A DNA stretch of 64,000 nucleotides from an uncultured bacterium (lineage in GTDB: Bacteria > Eisenbacteria > RBG-16-71-46 > CAIMUX01), in the NCBI GenBank assembly GCA_964636385.1, contig CAZWSC010000096.1, positions 3,593 through 67,592 of the forward strand, given 5' to 3'. Below the pieces are notes generated by a model. The model ran no database searches. It was given only the letters and a program-made list of their open reading frames with translations, and was not told the origin of the DNA. The first letter of the stretch is position 1. Each line of letters starts with the position of its first letter. The position numbers were made by a program, and so were the translations under genes. Shown here piece after piece: positions 1 through 10,269 of the stretch.

Positions 1-174
1 GGTTCCATTCTCCCCGTCGTGTGCCGGGAGTCACCGTGGCTGCGTGTGAGGATCCCGCACAAGGCTGTGCTATCATTGTCGAAGACGATTCGTCCGTCCG
101 TCCCCGCCTGATCCGAGTCGCGGGAGGGCGGCCCGGCAGGAACCACATCCCGGACACTTGAGGCGCTCCACGAC

Positions 175-1902
175 ATGCCGACAGATCACCTCCTGCACAT
201 CCCTTCCGCCACGGGAGGATCAGGAGCCGACCACAGGCGGATCGGTCCGGGCCGGGTATCCGGCAGGGCGGCCTGGGCCGCCACGCTGGTCTTCCTGCTT
301 CTCGCGTGCTCGTCCGGTCCCGCGCTCTCCCAGATCACATATCTCGACAACGGCGTGATACGGGTCGGGGTCGATCTGGAGCGCGGGGGTGCTATCAGCT
401 ACCTGGGCGAGCACGGATCGGGATCCAGCGTCGTCAACATCTACGACCTCGGCCGATACATCCAGCAGTCGTACTACTCGGGCCCGGATCCGTTCATACC
501 TCCGGGAGCCACGCAGCACCCGGCCTATGCGGGCTGGGGCTGGAATCCTGTTCAGGCAGGGGATGTCTACGGCTATCCCTCCGCCGTCATCGACTCTTAC
601 AACGACGGATCGACGATATACGCCATGTCGGTACCCAAGCAGTGGGCCCTCAGGAACGTGGATTCCGAGTGCACGATGGAGGTGTGGGTCACCCTGGATG
701 AGAACCGCGTCCATGTCCGCAACCGTCTCGTCAACGCCCGTAACGACACGACCCGCTACGGCGGCAGGCACCAGGAACTGCCTGCGATCTACACTGTCGG
801 GACCCTCCACCGGCTGTTCACATACACAGGCTCGGCTCCCTTCACCGGGGACGGACTCACGCAGATCCACAACAGCGGGCCGCCGTGGGCCTACTGGAAC
901 AGCACCGAGAACTGGTCCGCGCTGGTCGACAACAACGACTGGGGCCTCGGCGTCTTCCTTCCCGGCGCCACCCTGACGGTGGGGGGATTCGCGGGATCGC
1001 CGGGCTGGGGATGGCCGGCTTCCTTCAACACCGGCTACATCTCCCCGCTTCACACCGATCTCATCGACCACGACATCGTGTACGAGTACGAGTACACCCT
1101 GATCCTGGGCGATCTGCACGCGGACATCCGGAGCTATGCCTGTGCCAACGCTCCCGCCCCTGGACCGAACCTGCTCTTCCACCGCGACCGCGGGCACTGC
1201 CTGCCCCGCCACCTGTCCGACTCCAGCCCGCCCTTCGACGGGTTCTGGCGCCTCATCCTCGATCAGCATGATCCGCAGGTGACATTGCCGCCGGGAATGT
1301 GGGATGCATCCGATGTTCCGCGCATCTACATCCAGGCGGCGTGCAGTACCGCGACAGACCATGCGGAAATCTTCTTCGCGCTGGAGGACGGGACATTCTC
1401 GGGTGACAGGCGTGTGCAGTTCACCGTCATCCCGGACGGCCAGGTCAGGACCTTCCAGGTAGACCTGCACTCCCACCCGCTCTATTCAGGTGCGATCACC
1501 AGGCTCAGGTTCGATCCGATAATCTCCGCTGTGGCGGGGGACTTCGTGGATCTCCACTCGATCACATCGGTTGATCCGGCATCAGTGCCCGCTGTCCGGA
1601 CAGGCGACGAATCGTTCCTCGGGATTGAGGCTGAGACATGCAGGCCCAACCCGTTCCTGCGCGACACCCGGATACGCTTCCGCCTCGAGGATCCTGCACA
1701 GATCGACCTGCGGATCCACGACGCAACGGGCAGGCTTGTGCGGACGCTCGCGAGGAGGGCCGAAACGCCGGCCGGCGTTCACGAGATGGTCTGGTGCGGG
1801 CTCGATGCCTCCGGCCGACCCGCACCCTCCGGGCAGTACTTCTTCCGTCTTGAGACGGCCGAAGGCGCCGCAGTCGGAGGGAGGATGCTGAGGATACGGT
1901 AG
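175..1902 (+). CDS. Secreted hypothetical protein with T9SS-type / FlgD-Ig-like C-terminal sorting domain
   Basis: 575-aa ORF. Signal-like hydrophobic segment AWAATLVFLLLACSSGPALSQ lies about 25 aa in, so the true start is probably downstream of 175. The last ~85 aa (CRPNPFL...DLRIHDATGRLVRTL...SGQYFFRLETAEG...RMLRIR) follow the Por_Secre_tail/FlgD-Ig pattern shared with ORFs at 23036, 25972 and 40927. No catalytic motif recognised in the body. Confidence 0.55.
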   Translation: MPTDHLLHIPSATGGSGADHRRIGPGRVSGRAAWAATLVFLLLACSSGPALSQITYLDNGVIRVGVDLERGGAISYLGEHGSGSSVVNIYDLGRYIQQSYYSGPDPFIPPGATQHPAYAGWGWNPVQAGDVYGYPSAVIDSYNDGSTIYAMSVPKQWALRNVDSECTMEVWVTLDENRVHVRNRLVNARNDTTRYGGRHQELPAIYTVGTLHRLFTYTGSAPFTGDGLTQIHNSGPPWAYWNSTENWSALVDNNDWGLGVFLPGATLTVGGFAGSPGWGWPASFNTGYISPLHTDLIDHDIVYEYEYTLILGDLHADIRSYACANAPAPGPNLLFHRDRGHCLPRHLSDSSPPFDGFWRLILDQHDPQVTLPPGMWDASDVPRIYIQAACSTATDHAEIFFALEDGTFSGDRRVQFTVIPDGQVRTFQVDLHSHPLYSGAITRLRFDPIISAVAGDFVDLHSITSVDPASVPAVRTGDESFLGIEAETCRPNPFLRDTRIRFRLEDPAQIDLRIHDATGRLVRTLARRAETPAGVHEMVWCGLDASGRPAPSGQYFFRLETAEGAAVGGRMLRIR

Positions 1903-2257
1903 CGACACCTGCCCCAAGCCCGAATCAGCCCGTCCTCCGGGCTCGTGTGGCGCCTGAGTCAGCCCATTCCCCAGGCTCATCTCATTGTTGGAAGACGGGT
2001 GCGCTGGACTTCCTCCATTCCCTGCGCTACCATGCCTGCTGTCCGCCGGACCCTTCCGGCGGCGTGTTGGCCCGGACGACGACGCGGAGTCCGGGTTGGG
2101 GGTGTCCGGCGCGGATGCGCCGGGCTGAGAAGATACCCGTTGAACCTGATCCGGCTCACACCGGCGTAGGGAAGACACGAAGTCTGCTGATGATGCCAGC
2201 CTCCGGTCTCCTGTCCCCAAAGTGTGACGCCGCGACCTTCCACCAAGGAGGTGCGCG

Positions 2258-4657
2258 ATGTCCGTCTTCACTGGCCAGATTGCCATGCAGATTCTACTGC
2301 TCCTTGTCCCCTGCCGTGGGGCCCTGGTCCCAGTCGGCGGAGTGCATGCGTGTGTCGCTGCAATTGCCCCGGGCCATCCTGGCGTCTCTTCCGCAACCCT
2401 GGCATTCACATCCCCACGCCTGGTTCGCGCGGAGTCGGAAGACAGCCTCCGCGTTTACAGGGTAGACGAAGTTGTAATACAGCGGACACGGGCCCGCAGG
2501 CCCGACAGCCCGGTGGCTTTTACCAATCTCGAGCGGGAGGATATCGACAGGGTCTCGTTCGGACAGGACGTGCCGATGGCCCTGACGACCGCTCCTGGTG
2601 TTCACGCATACTCGGACGCGGCCAACGGGTTCGGTTACACATACCTCAAGATCCGCGGATTCGACCAGAACCGGCTTGGTATTCTTCTGAACGGGGTTCC
2701 CCTGAACGACCCGGAGGCGCACCAGGTATACTGGGTCGACCACGGCGACATACTGGCCGGAGCGCAGAGTGTGCAGATACACCGCGGTCTGGGGGCCAAC
2801 CTCTTCGGGGCTACCTCCTTCGGAGGCGGCGTAAATGTCGTCACGAGCCCCCTCGCAGTGGAACCCGGATTGCACCTGCGGGCGGGGTACGGCAACTACA
2901 CCGAATCCGGGCTGGATCTGCCGACGCGCATCTACCGCTTGTCGTTCGCCTCCGGCCCGGTCCAGGACCGCACTGCGGCCCTCTACGCCCGCTACAGCCG
3001 CCTGGGGAGCGAGGGATACCGCGTCAGCAGCGGGACCAGGCAGGAGTCATTCGCCCTCTCCGGGCTCAAGAGCGTTGAGAGCGGCAGCCACAAGCTCGAC
3101 CTGCTCGTCGGAAGTGAACGCACCAACTTCGCCTGGGACGGAATCAGCCCGCAGCAGGGCTTCGATCTGTCGGACAGGCGGGACCGCCGCTTCAACCGTT
3201 ATGCAGTCTACGAGAACAATGTAGACGACTTCACACAGCGCATAGGTTCTCTCACAAGCGAGTTCCGCATGGGCAGACGCCTCACCCTTACGAACACCGT
3301 CTACTACGTCAATGGCGAGGGGTTCTTCGAGCAGTTCAAGGAAGACCGCCGGTTCCACGACTACGGATTCGACCCGGTCGTGGTGGATGGCGAGACCATC
3401 AACAGAACCGACCTCGTGCAGAGGCGCTGGCTTGTGAACCAGTACTGGGGTGTCATCCCGGAACTCCGGATCCTGCTGCCGAAGGGTGATCTTCGCCTTG
3501 GAGCGGGCGCCCGGAGGTACGACAGCGACCACTACGGCCAGGTGGTCTGGACGCAGGTCGATGTCGGCGGCGCTCCTCTCGACCGCTACTACAGCTACGT
3601 GACGGACAAGACCTCGCTCGAGGCCTACGGGCAGGCCGGAGTACCGCTGCGGCCCGGAACCATCGTGACTGCCGCCCTGCAGTACCAGGGCCACCGGTAT
3701 GAACTCCGGCAGTCTGCGATCGGCAACTTCCGCGGCTACGAGTTCGAGGCGGTCCACCACTTCTTCAAGCCGATACTCGGACTTACACAATCACTGGCCG
3801 ATGGCTTCGATCTCTACGCCTCCCTCGGCCACGCACAGCGGGAGCCATCCAAGGCGGACTATCTGAAGGGGGACGATCCATCCTCCGTGCCGGCGTTCGA
3901 GGACGCCGAAGAACGGATCACGGGCCTGAGCAGGCCGATCGTGAAGCCTGAATCGCTCACGGACTACGAGGCCGGCATCAGCGTCGACCGCGGGGGATGG
4001 AGCGCGGGCGCCGGCATTTACTGGCTGGACTTCCGCAATGAGCTGATACCGATCGACGGCAGCCGCATCCAGGAGGAGGGAAAGCTCAAGAGGGCGAACG
4101 CGGACAGGACGTCCCACACGGGCCTGGAGCTGGAAGCCTCGGTGCAGCTGCTGCGAAACCTGCGCGCAGAAGGAAGCCTCACACTTTCCCGCCACAGGTT
4201 CGTGAGTCATGAGATCCACGCATACTGGCTGAACGACTACGAGGGGGGAATCCTCGATTACGGCGGCAAGGTCATCCCCAGGTGCCCGGAGAGGCTGGCC
4301 AATCTCTCCCTCATCTGGACTGGCAGGTCCCTCGGCGCGTCGGGCAGCCTGCGGCATGTCGGCATGCAGTACATCGACGGCGAGAACACGCGCTCCATTG
4401 CCATCGATTCGTTCACCACGCTGGATCTCTCGCTGCGGTACGAGCTCAGGGACCGGGTGCGCCTGCCCGGCCCGTTCCGGAGAGATGTACGGGTTCCGCG
4501 ACCGCTGCGCCTGGAACTCCGTGTCCAGAACGCCCTGGACACTTTGTACGAAACGAGCGGCTACAGCTACTACGACGACTTCCCGGCGCGGCCATTCGCC
4601 TTCTACTGGCCCGGAGCGCCGCGCAGCTTCTTCCTCAGCATCGAGACGAGTCTGTAG
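2258..4657 (+). CDS. TonB-dependent outer-membrane receptor
   Basis: 799 aa. Plug-domain signatures: LKIRGFDQNRLGILLNGVPLNDPE and SVQIHRGLGANLFGATSFGGGVNVVT. Long beta-barrel with many aromatic/Gly strand ends. N-terminal hydrophobic leader present; first ~60 aa may be leader or over-extension. Confidence 0.8.
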   Translation: MSVFTGQIAMQILLLLVPCRGALVPVGGVHACVAAIAPGHPGVSSATLAFTSPRLVRAESEDSLRVYRVDEVVIQRTRARRPDSPVAFTNLEREDIDRVSFGQDVPMALTTAPGVHAYSDAANGFGYTYLKIRGFDQNRLGILLNGVPLNDPEAHQVYWVDHGDILAGAQSVQIHRGLGANLFGATSFGGGVNVVTSPLAVEPGLHLRAGYGNYTESGLDLPTRIYRLSFASGPVQDRTAALYARYSRLGSEGYRVSSGTRQESFALSGLKSVESGSHKLDLLVGSERTNFAWDGISPQQGFDLSDRRDRRFNRYAVYENNVDDFTQRIGSLTSEFRMGRRLTLTNTVYYVNGEGFFEQFKEDRRFHDYGFDPVVVDGETINRTDLVQRRWLVNQYWGVIPELRILLPKGDLRLGAGARRYDSDHYGQVVWTQVDVGGAPLDRYYSYVTDKTSLEAYGQAGVPLRPGTIVTAALQYQGHRYELRQSAIGNFRGYEFEAVHHFFKPILGLTQSLADGFDLYASLGHAQREPSKADYLKGDDPSSVPAFEDAEERITGLSRPIVKPESLTDYEAGISVDRGGWSAGAGIYWLDFRNELIPIDGSRIQEEGKLKRANADRTSHTGLELEASVQLLRNLRAEGSLTLSRHRFVSHEIHAYWLNDYEGGILDYGGKVIPRCPERLANLSLIWTGRSLGASGSLRHVGMQYIDGENTRSIAIDSFTTLDLSLRYELRDRVRLPGPFRRDVRVPRPLRLELRVQNALDTLYETSGYSYYDDFPARPFAFYWPGAPRSFFLSIETSL

Positions 4658-4742
4658 TCAGAAGCATTCGGGAATCCTTCACCGCGATACCGGAAGGTCG
4701 CGAGAATGGTGCGGGCTCGGCCGCACAGGAAGGGCTTGGCTG

Positions 4743-6173
4743 GTGACCAACGCAACCGATCTGCATCCAGTCACGGACGTGATAGTCCTGCTCCTCTACA
4801 TGGCCTTCATCGCGTACCTCGTGCTGCGGCTTGCGAAGCGCCCTGCGCAGAACGCGGCCGACTACCTCCTGGCAGGCCGGGCGCTCAGCCTTCCCGCCTT
4901 CGTCGGAACTCTGGTGGTGTCGTGGTACGGCGGCATCCTTGGGGTTGGCGAGTACGGCTTTCGCTACGGGATCTCCAACTGGCTGGTGTTCGGCGTCCCG
5001 TACTACACGGCGGCGGTGTTGTTCGCCCTGATTCTCGCACGCAGGGCGAGGAGTTCGCCCTTCGTCAGCATTCCGGACGCCCTTCGCCGCACCTATGGAG
5101 GCGCAGCAGGCAGGGTGGGCGGCGCCATAGTCTTCGTGAGGACCGCGCCCGCAGCCTATGTGCTGATGCTGGGCACTCTGTTCGCCTACATGTTCGGGAT
5201 TCCCGCATGGGTCGGGATCCTGGCGGGAACGGCGCTATCCCTGGGGTATGTTCTCCGCGGTGGCCTGAAGGCGGTTGTACACACGGATCTCTTCCAGTTC
5301 GCTCTCATGTTCGGGGCGTTCGCGGTCGCCGTCTTCTTCCTCATGGCTACACACGGTGTGCGGCCGCTGTTCGATGGCGTTCCGGACACGCACTGGACCT
5401 GGCACGGCGGCAACAGCCCCCAGTACGTCATCGTCTGGTTCTTCATCGCCCTCGGCGCGCTGGTGGAGCCGGCCTTCTACCAGCGGGTGTTCGCGGCCCG
5501 CTCCCCCGAAACCGCGCGCAGGGGGATTCTCATCTCGGTGGGGTTCTGGGCATTCTTCGACTTCCTGACCACAACAGCCGCGCTGTATTCCCGCGCGCTG
5601 CTGCCCGAGGCGACTGATCCTGTCCTCGCGTTTCCCGCGTTGGCAACGCATGCCTTTCCTCCCGTCCTTGCCGCCTTCTTCTTCGTCGGCCTGATGGCGA
5701 CCATCATGTCCACCGTGGACACCAACGGATTCATCGCCGCAGCCACCCTGGGCAACCTTGCCTCGAGGAATCCGGATGAGACATCGCAGCGGGCCGCATC
5801 CAGAACCCGCATCGGCATTCTGGGCACTGGCGTGTGGGCAGCAGGCCTTGCCATGATGTCGGAGAGCATCGTCGATCTGTGGCACACCCTCGGCTCCGTG
5901 GGCACGCCCGCCCTGCTTCTTCCCATGCTGGGCAGCCTCTTCCCGCGACTGCGCATCCGCAGGGAGTGGATCGTCCCCTGGATACTGATTCCGGGACTGG
6001 CCTCGCTCGCCTGGCTCATTGCCGGGCGCATCGGCGGATACCCCCTCGGCATCGAGCCGATCTACGCCGGGCTGGCCGCGAGTGTGGTGATGCGGGTGGC
6101 GGGAGGAAGGGGACAGAGCGATGGCGGCACCGTCGGGGAGCAGGCCGGGCCGGGGCGTAAGGACACCTGTTGA
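4743..6173 (+). CDS. Sodium:solute symporter (SSF) family transporter
   Basis: Track ORF 4356-6173, but hydrophobic transporter core begins at in-frame GTG 4743 (VTNATDLHPVTDVIVLLLYMAFIAYLVL...). About 12-13 predicted TM helices. SSF-like GRALSLPAFVGTLVVSWYGGILGVGEYGF region. Upstream 4356-4742 part is Arg/Ser-rich and non-protein-like. Confidence 0.7.
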   Translation: MTNATDLHPVTDVIVLLLYMAFIAYLVLRLAKRPAQNAADYLLAGRALSLPAFVGTLVVSWYGGILGVGEYGFRYGISNWLVFGVPYYTAAVLFALILARRARSSPFVSIPDALRRTYGGAAGRVGGAIVFVRTAPAAYVLMLGTLFAYMFGIPAWVGILAGTALSLGYVLRGGLKAVVHTDLFQFALMFGAFAVAVFFLMATHGVRPLFDGVPDTHWTWHGGNSPQYVIVWFFIALGALVEPAFYQRVFAARSPETARRGILISVGFWAFFDFLTTTAALYSRALLPEATDPVLAFPALATHAFPPVLAAFFFVGLMATIMSTVDTNGFIAAATLGNLASRNPDETSQRAASRTRIGILGTGVWAAGLAMMSESIVDLWHTLGSVGTPALLLPMLGSLFPRLRIRREWIVPWILIPGLASLAWLIAGRIGGYPLGIEPIYAGLAASVVMRVAGGRGQSDGGTVGEQAGPGRKDTC

Positions 6174-6376
6174 GGATGTGATGTTGAAGCTCAGTGTCAT
6201 TGCCGGAGGGGTCCACCGGGAGGATCCAACGGCGGACCTGATCGCATGCACGTCATATCGGTTGCCGGATCTGTCCGCATAATCGTAGATTCGAAGATGG
6301 TCTCCGCAGTGGAGTCACCCGGATCCGGACAGCGGGGGGTCGGCCGGGACTGGAGTGTTCGAACAAGGAGCCTGTC

Positions 6377-8110
6377 GTGATAACACACGAGTATGATGCG
6401 GTGATAGTCGGGGCCGGCGGCTCAGGGCTGTACGCAGCCCTGGAGGCCGGCCGTCACGCGCGAACAGCGGTGATCAGCAAGATCCTCCCCTCGCGAAGTC
6501 ACACAGGCGCGGCCCAGGGGGGGATCGGCGCCGCCCTCGGCAACATCGAGGAGGACCGGCCGGAGTGGCACGCCTTTGATACGGTCAAGGGGGGCGACTA
6601 CCTTGTCGATCAGCGGGCTGCGCAGACCCTTGCCGAGGAGGCGGTCCGGGCCGTGTACGACCTCGAGAACCGGGGCCTGCCATTCAGCCGCACCGAAGAC
6701 GGGCGTATTGCCCAGCGCAGGTTCGGCGGGCACACGAGGAACTTCGGAGAGGGCCCAGTACACCGCAGCTGCTACTCCGCCGACCGAACCGGCCACATGA
6801 TACTGCAGACGCTTTATCAGCAGTGCATCAGGAACGAGGTCGGCTTCTTCAACGAGTTTCACATTGTCGAAGTGATCATGTCCGGGAACCGCCCGGCCGG
6901 TATCCTTGCCCTCGAACTCGCGACCGGCGAGATGCACCTCTTCCGCTGCAAGGCGCTTCTCTTCGCGACAGGCGGTTTCGGACGCATGTTCAGGACCACC
7001 TCCAACGCCTACGCCAACACCGGCGACGGACCCGCACTTCTTGCCCGCGCGGGAATCCCCCTGATGGACATGGAGTTCTTCCAGTTCCATCCCACCGGCA
7101 TCAAGGGGATGGGGATCCTGATAACCGAGGGGGTCCGCGGAGAGGGCGGGATTCTGCGAAATCGCGACGGCGAGCGGTTCATGGAGAAGTATGCCCCCGC
7201 CCTGCTCGACCTGGCCCCGCGCGACATGGTCAGCCGCGCAATCATGACCGAGATAGCGGCCGGCCGCGGGATGCGCGGCGACAGGAAGATCGACGACTAC
7301 GTGATGCTGGATGCGACCCACCTGGGACGGGAGACGGTCAACAGCAAGATCCCCGACATCGCCGACTTCTGCAGGACCTATCTCGCCGTCGATCCGGCCG
7401 AGCAGCCGATGCCCGTACAACCTACTGCGCACTATGCGATGGGTGGCATCCCCTCCGACATCGACGGCGTTGTCAACACCGGGAAGGTCACATACGAGGG
7501 GCTCTATGCCGTCGGCGAGTGCGCATGTGTGTCTGTACACGGCGCAAACAGGCTTGGGACGAACAGCCTCGTGGACCTCGTCGTCTTCGGGAGACGCGCA
7601 GGGATGCACATCGCAGACTACGTGAAGAACGCCTCCATGCCACCGGTGCCCGATGGTGCAGGCGAGGCGGCAATCAGGAAGATCGAGCGCCTGCACGACG
7701 GCAGGAAGGGCCCGAAGGTGGGGCCGCTGTACACGCGGATGCAGGAGACGATGATGGCGAATGTCGGCGTCTACCGGAACGCAGGGATGATGGCGGAGGC
7801 GGTTGAGCTCGTGCAGGCCCTGCGCGGTGAGTTCAGGCAGGTGCGGGCCGAAGACTCGAACCGTGCGTTCAACTCCGATGTCCTGGGCATCCTCGAACTC
7901 GAGAACCTGCTCGACCTGTCGCTCGTCACCGCCGCAAGCGCGCTCAACAGGACTGAGAGCCGGGGCGCCCACAGCCGCGAGGACCATCCCGAGCGCGACG
8001 ACGTGAACTGGCTTAAGCACACTCTCGCCTCCCTGGAAGGAGACGATGTGAAGATCGGCTACAGGGATGTGGATGTCTCGATCTGGAAGCCGAAGCCGCG
8101 GACGTACTGA
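6377..8110 (+). CDS. sdhA: Succinate dehydrogenase / fumarate reductase flavoprotein subunit
   Basis: GTG start with AAGGAG RBS 7-12 nt upstream. FAD-binding N-terminus [16 protein letters not shown]. Covalent-FAD His region [10 protein letters not shown]. Conserved HPTG, ANRLG and C-terminal capping-domain motifs. Confidence 0.9.
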   Translation: MITHEYDAVIVGAGGSGLYAALEAGRHARTAVISKILPSRSHTGAAQGGIGAALGNIEEDRPEWHAFDTVKGGDYLVDQRAAQTLAEEAVRAVYDLENRGLPFSRTEDGRIAQRRFGGHTRNFGEGPVHRSCYSADRTGHMILQTLYQQCIRNEVGFFNEFHIVEVIMSGNRPAGILALELATGEMHLFRCKALLFATGGFGRMFRTTSNAYANTGDGPALLARAGIPLMDMEFFQFHPTGIKGMGILITEGVRGEGGILRNRDGERFMEKYAPALLDLAPRDMVSRAIMTEIAAGRGMRGDRKIDDYVMLDATHLGRETVNSKIPDIADFCRTYLAVDPAEQPMPVQPTAHYAMGGIPSDIDGVVNTGKVTYEGLYAVGECACVSVHGANRLGTNSLVDLVVFGRRAGMHIADYVKNASMPPVPDGAGEAAIRKIERLHDGRKGPKVGPLYTRMQETMMANVGVYRNAGMMAEAVELVQALRGEFRQVRAEDSNRAFNSDVLGILELENLLDLSLVTAASALNRTESRGAHSREDHPERDDVNWLKHTLASLEGDDVKIGYRDVDVSIWKPKPRTY

Positions 8111-8131
8111 GAGAAGGCAGGGGGAGCCGTC

Positions 8132-8875
8132 ATGAAGGTCACACTCGAGATCCAGCGTTTCAACCCGGAGAGAGACTCCGAGCCGCACTTCCAGAGCTTC
8201 GAGGTCGAGGTCGAACCCACAGACCGGGTCCTCGACGCTCTCATGGAGATCAAGAACAACAGGGATGGCTCGCTCGCCTTCAGGCGAAGCTGCGCGCACG
8301 GCGTCTGCGGATCCGATGCGATGGTGATTAACGGCATGGAAGCCCTTGCCTGCAAGACCCTGATCCAGGAGGTCGCGTCCGGGGAAGGAGCCACTGTCCG
8401 CATACAGCCCGCGCGCCACATGAAGGTCCAGCGCGATCTGATGGTCGATCTGGACGGCTTCTTCGCAAACTACCGCAGGGTGAAGCCGTTCTTCATTCCC
8501 GATGAGACCAGGTCCGGATCGGGCAGGGAGTTCAGCCAGAGCATCGAAGAGCGGGCCATGATCGACGATCCGACGAAGTGCATACTCTGCGCCTCGTGTT
8601 ACTCCGCATGTCCCGTGCTCGACAGCAAGCCAGGCTTCATCGGTCCGGCCGCGCTTGTCCAGGCCGGCCGCTTCATCTTCGACAGCCGGGACCAGGGGCT
8701 CGGCCCGCGCCTCGAAGTCCTCGACCAGCCGGACTCAGTCTGGGCCTGTAACAATCACTTCGAGTGCACGAAGGTCTGCCCGCGGGAGATCAAGGTCACG
8801 AAGCTGATCAACTCTGCGAAGAGGAGTATCAGCAGGTATCGCGAGGAGCGCGGAGAGAGAGTGAACGACGGCTGA
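8132..8875 (+). CDS. sdhB: Succinate dehydrogenase iron-sulfur subunit
   Basis: 2Fe-2S ligands CAHGVCGSDAMVINGMEALAC. 4Fe-4S/3Fe-4S cluster motifs CILCASCYSACP and CNNHFECTKVCP. Immediately follows sdhA with RBS GGGGGAG. Confidence 0.9.
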   Translation: MKVTLEIQRFNPERDSEPHFQSFEVEVEPTDRVLDALMEIKNNRDGSLAFRRSCAHGVCGSDAMVINGMEALACKTLIQEVASGEGATVRIQPARHMKVQRDLMVDLDGFFANYRRVKPFFIPDETRSGSGREFSQSIEERAMIDDPTKCILCASCYSACPVLDSKPGFIGPAALVQAGRFIFDSRDQGLGPRLEVLDQPDSVWACNNHFECTKVCPREIKVTKLINSAKRSISRYREERGERVNDG

Positions 8876-9168
8876 TTTTGAAGGTCATGGTTGTTACCCG
8901 ACGCTGAACCGTCGCAACAAGGGTTGTACAGCATCGTGACGTGGAACCCGCTGTGAGCTCCCCGACGAGAAGAAAGTGATGCCACACACGCTGTTTCCGG
9001 TTGCCATCCCGCCTGATTGCTGAGATCATGGTTAAGTCAGTGTAATCCGCGCCGGTTCAAGGCTGATGACGTTTCATGACAGGGAACATCTGCGCATAAG
9101 CCTCCTATCGGTTGCGGGCAGTGTGAGTGGGAAGATCGGCATCCGCCGGGTGCCATGCGGAGGCGAAA

Positions 9169-9831
9169 ATGAGAGTTGATACCCAGTCACTGGTTCTTGC
9201 CGTCCTGTTACTTCCGGTCGTTCTCTGGGGAACCGCTACCATTGCAGGAGATGATCCCCCTCAATGCGTCTGGTCGGGCGACATTGACGGAGCAGGTCCT
9301 CACTACTCGGTGGAGGTCGTCTGCAGTGGCGAAGGCCGCTCTGGACCGTGTCATGTGGACGTCACCAACACCGGCCTCGAACCATGGGGCGATTTCCACT
9401 TCGAGATCTACGACCCCATTGGTGGTCAGGACATCTCGAACGTACACTTCCTTGACGCAGGCATGGGCGGAGCAGATCCGGTCAGCTCCCAGTCCGGGCT
9501 CGTCTGGATTATCGACAACGAGGTCGTCGGAGCGAGAATCGATCTCTACTACTGCTCCGATCCGGTGATGCCGGGTGAGACGGCATTCTTCGAGGTCTAC
9601 GTGGACAATCCGGATGAAGTGCCGTTCTACGGGGTCATGCTCTACCCGACACCGGTCCCCCCGATCGCAGTGTGCTGCGCTCCGGACGGAGGATGCACGC
9701 TCGTGTGCGAGTACGACTGTCTTCCGCCGAGCACCTGGCATCCCGAGTGGGATACCTGTGATCCAAATCCGTGCGAGCCGGTGCCGGTCGAGGAACCGAC
9801 CTGGGGTGTGCTGAAGAACCTGTATCGATAG
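9169..9831 (+). CDS. Secreted Cys-rich hypothetical protein ending in TWGVLKNLYR motif
   Basis: In-frame ATG 9169 gives signal peptide MRVDTQSLVLAVLLLPVVLWGTATIAG; track start 9127 is 14 aa further up. 13 Cys, several in CC/CxxxC arrangements. C-terminus ...EPTWGVLKNLYR* resembles the tail of ORF 34418-35029. Overlapping 320-aa minus-strand ORF 9208-10170 judged antisense artefact. Confidence 0.5.
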   Translation: MRVDTQSLVLAVLLLPVVLWGTATIAGDDPPQCVWSGDIDGAGPHYSVEVVCSGEGRSGPCHVDVTNTGLEPWGDFHFEIYDPIGGQDISNVHFLDAGMGGADPVSSQSGLVWIIDNEVVGARIDLYYCSDPVMPGETAFFEVYVDNPDEVPFYGVMLYPTPVPPIAVCCAPDGGCTLVCEYDCLPPSTWHPEWDTCDPNPCEPVPVEEPTWGVLKNLYR

Positions 9832-10269
9832 CCGCTCGATCAAGTCTGGGCAAGTCCGGTAGCCGAATGTATCCCTTGGACCCATGCGGTACCGGACTGC
9901 CCGCAATCCCGTGTTTTCGCCAGACCGCGGTCCCTTGATCCTCCTGCTGGTGATCTCCCCAGCCTGCTTTCCCAGAAAATCCAATCCATGGCTGAGGATT
10001 CCAAGGGTTTCCAAGTCATTCCGTTGCCCACAGGCACCTTTCCGACGATCATATATCTCGCGGTCAGGACAACTCCCGGTCGTGAAACCGGCGGAAATGT
10101 CGGCTTGGACCAGGGTCAACTCATTGCCAAACCGCAGTTTCGAGAGTGTGCCGATGGGCGTGATGCCCACGGCGGGGAGAGTGCCAGTGAAGACTCTTCG
10201 GCCGGCGCTGCCATAGATAGGGTGTAACTGACAGTTGCAGCGCCGGTTGGAGAATTCTGCAGATTCCCT

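Noticed and set aside
220-1476. 418-aa minus-strand ORF antisense to the first secreted-protein gene
   Set aside because: Arg/Gly/Pro-rich, no motifs. Typical high-GC antisense artefact opposite an ORF with a clear T9SS-type tail.
4356-4742. N-terminal 129-aa extension of the track ORF for the SSF transporter
   Set aside because: Ser/Thr/Arg-rich non-protein-like sequence overlapping the TonB receptor 3' end. Transporter core starts at GTG 4743.
5235-6251. 338-aa minus-strand ORF antisense to the SSF transporter
   Set aside because: No hydrophobic periodicity or motifs. The plus-strand product has full transporter topology.
6422-8419. 665-aa minus-strand ORF covering sdhA and part of sdhB
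   Set aside because: sdhA/sdhB identifications are unambiguous. The antisense translation is low-complexity (R/G/A/P/V).
9840-10269. 430-nt convergent intergenic region, visibly AT-richer than flanks, with small ORFs 9884-10216 and 9988-10227
   Set aside because: Neither small ORF has convincing protein features. No tRNA or known ncRNA hallmarks seen. Likely just a terminator region between convergent genes. A small-RNA scan would be needed to say more.
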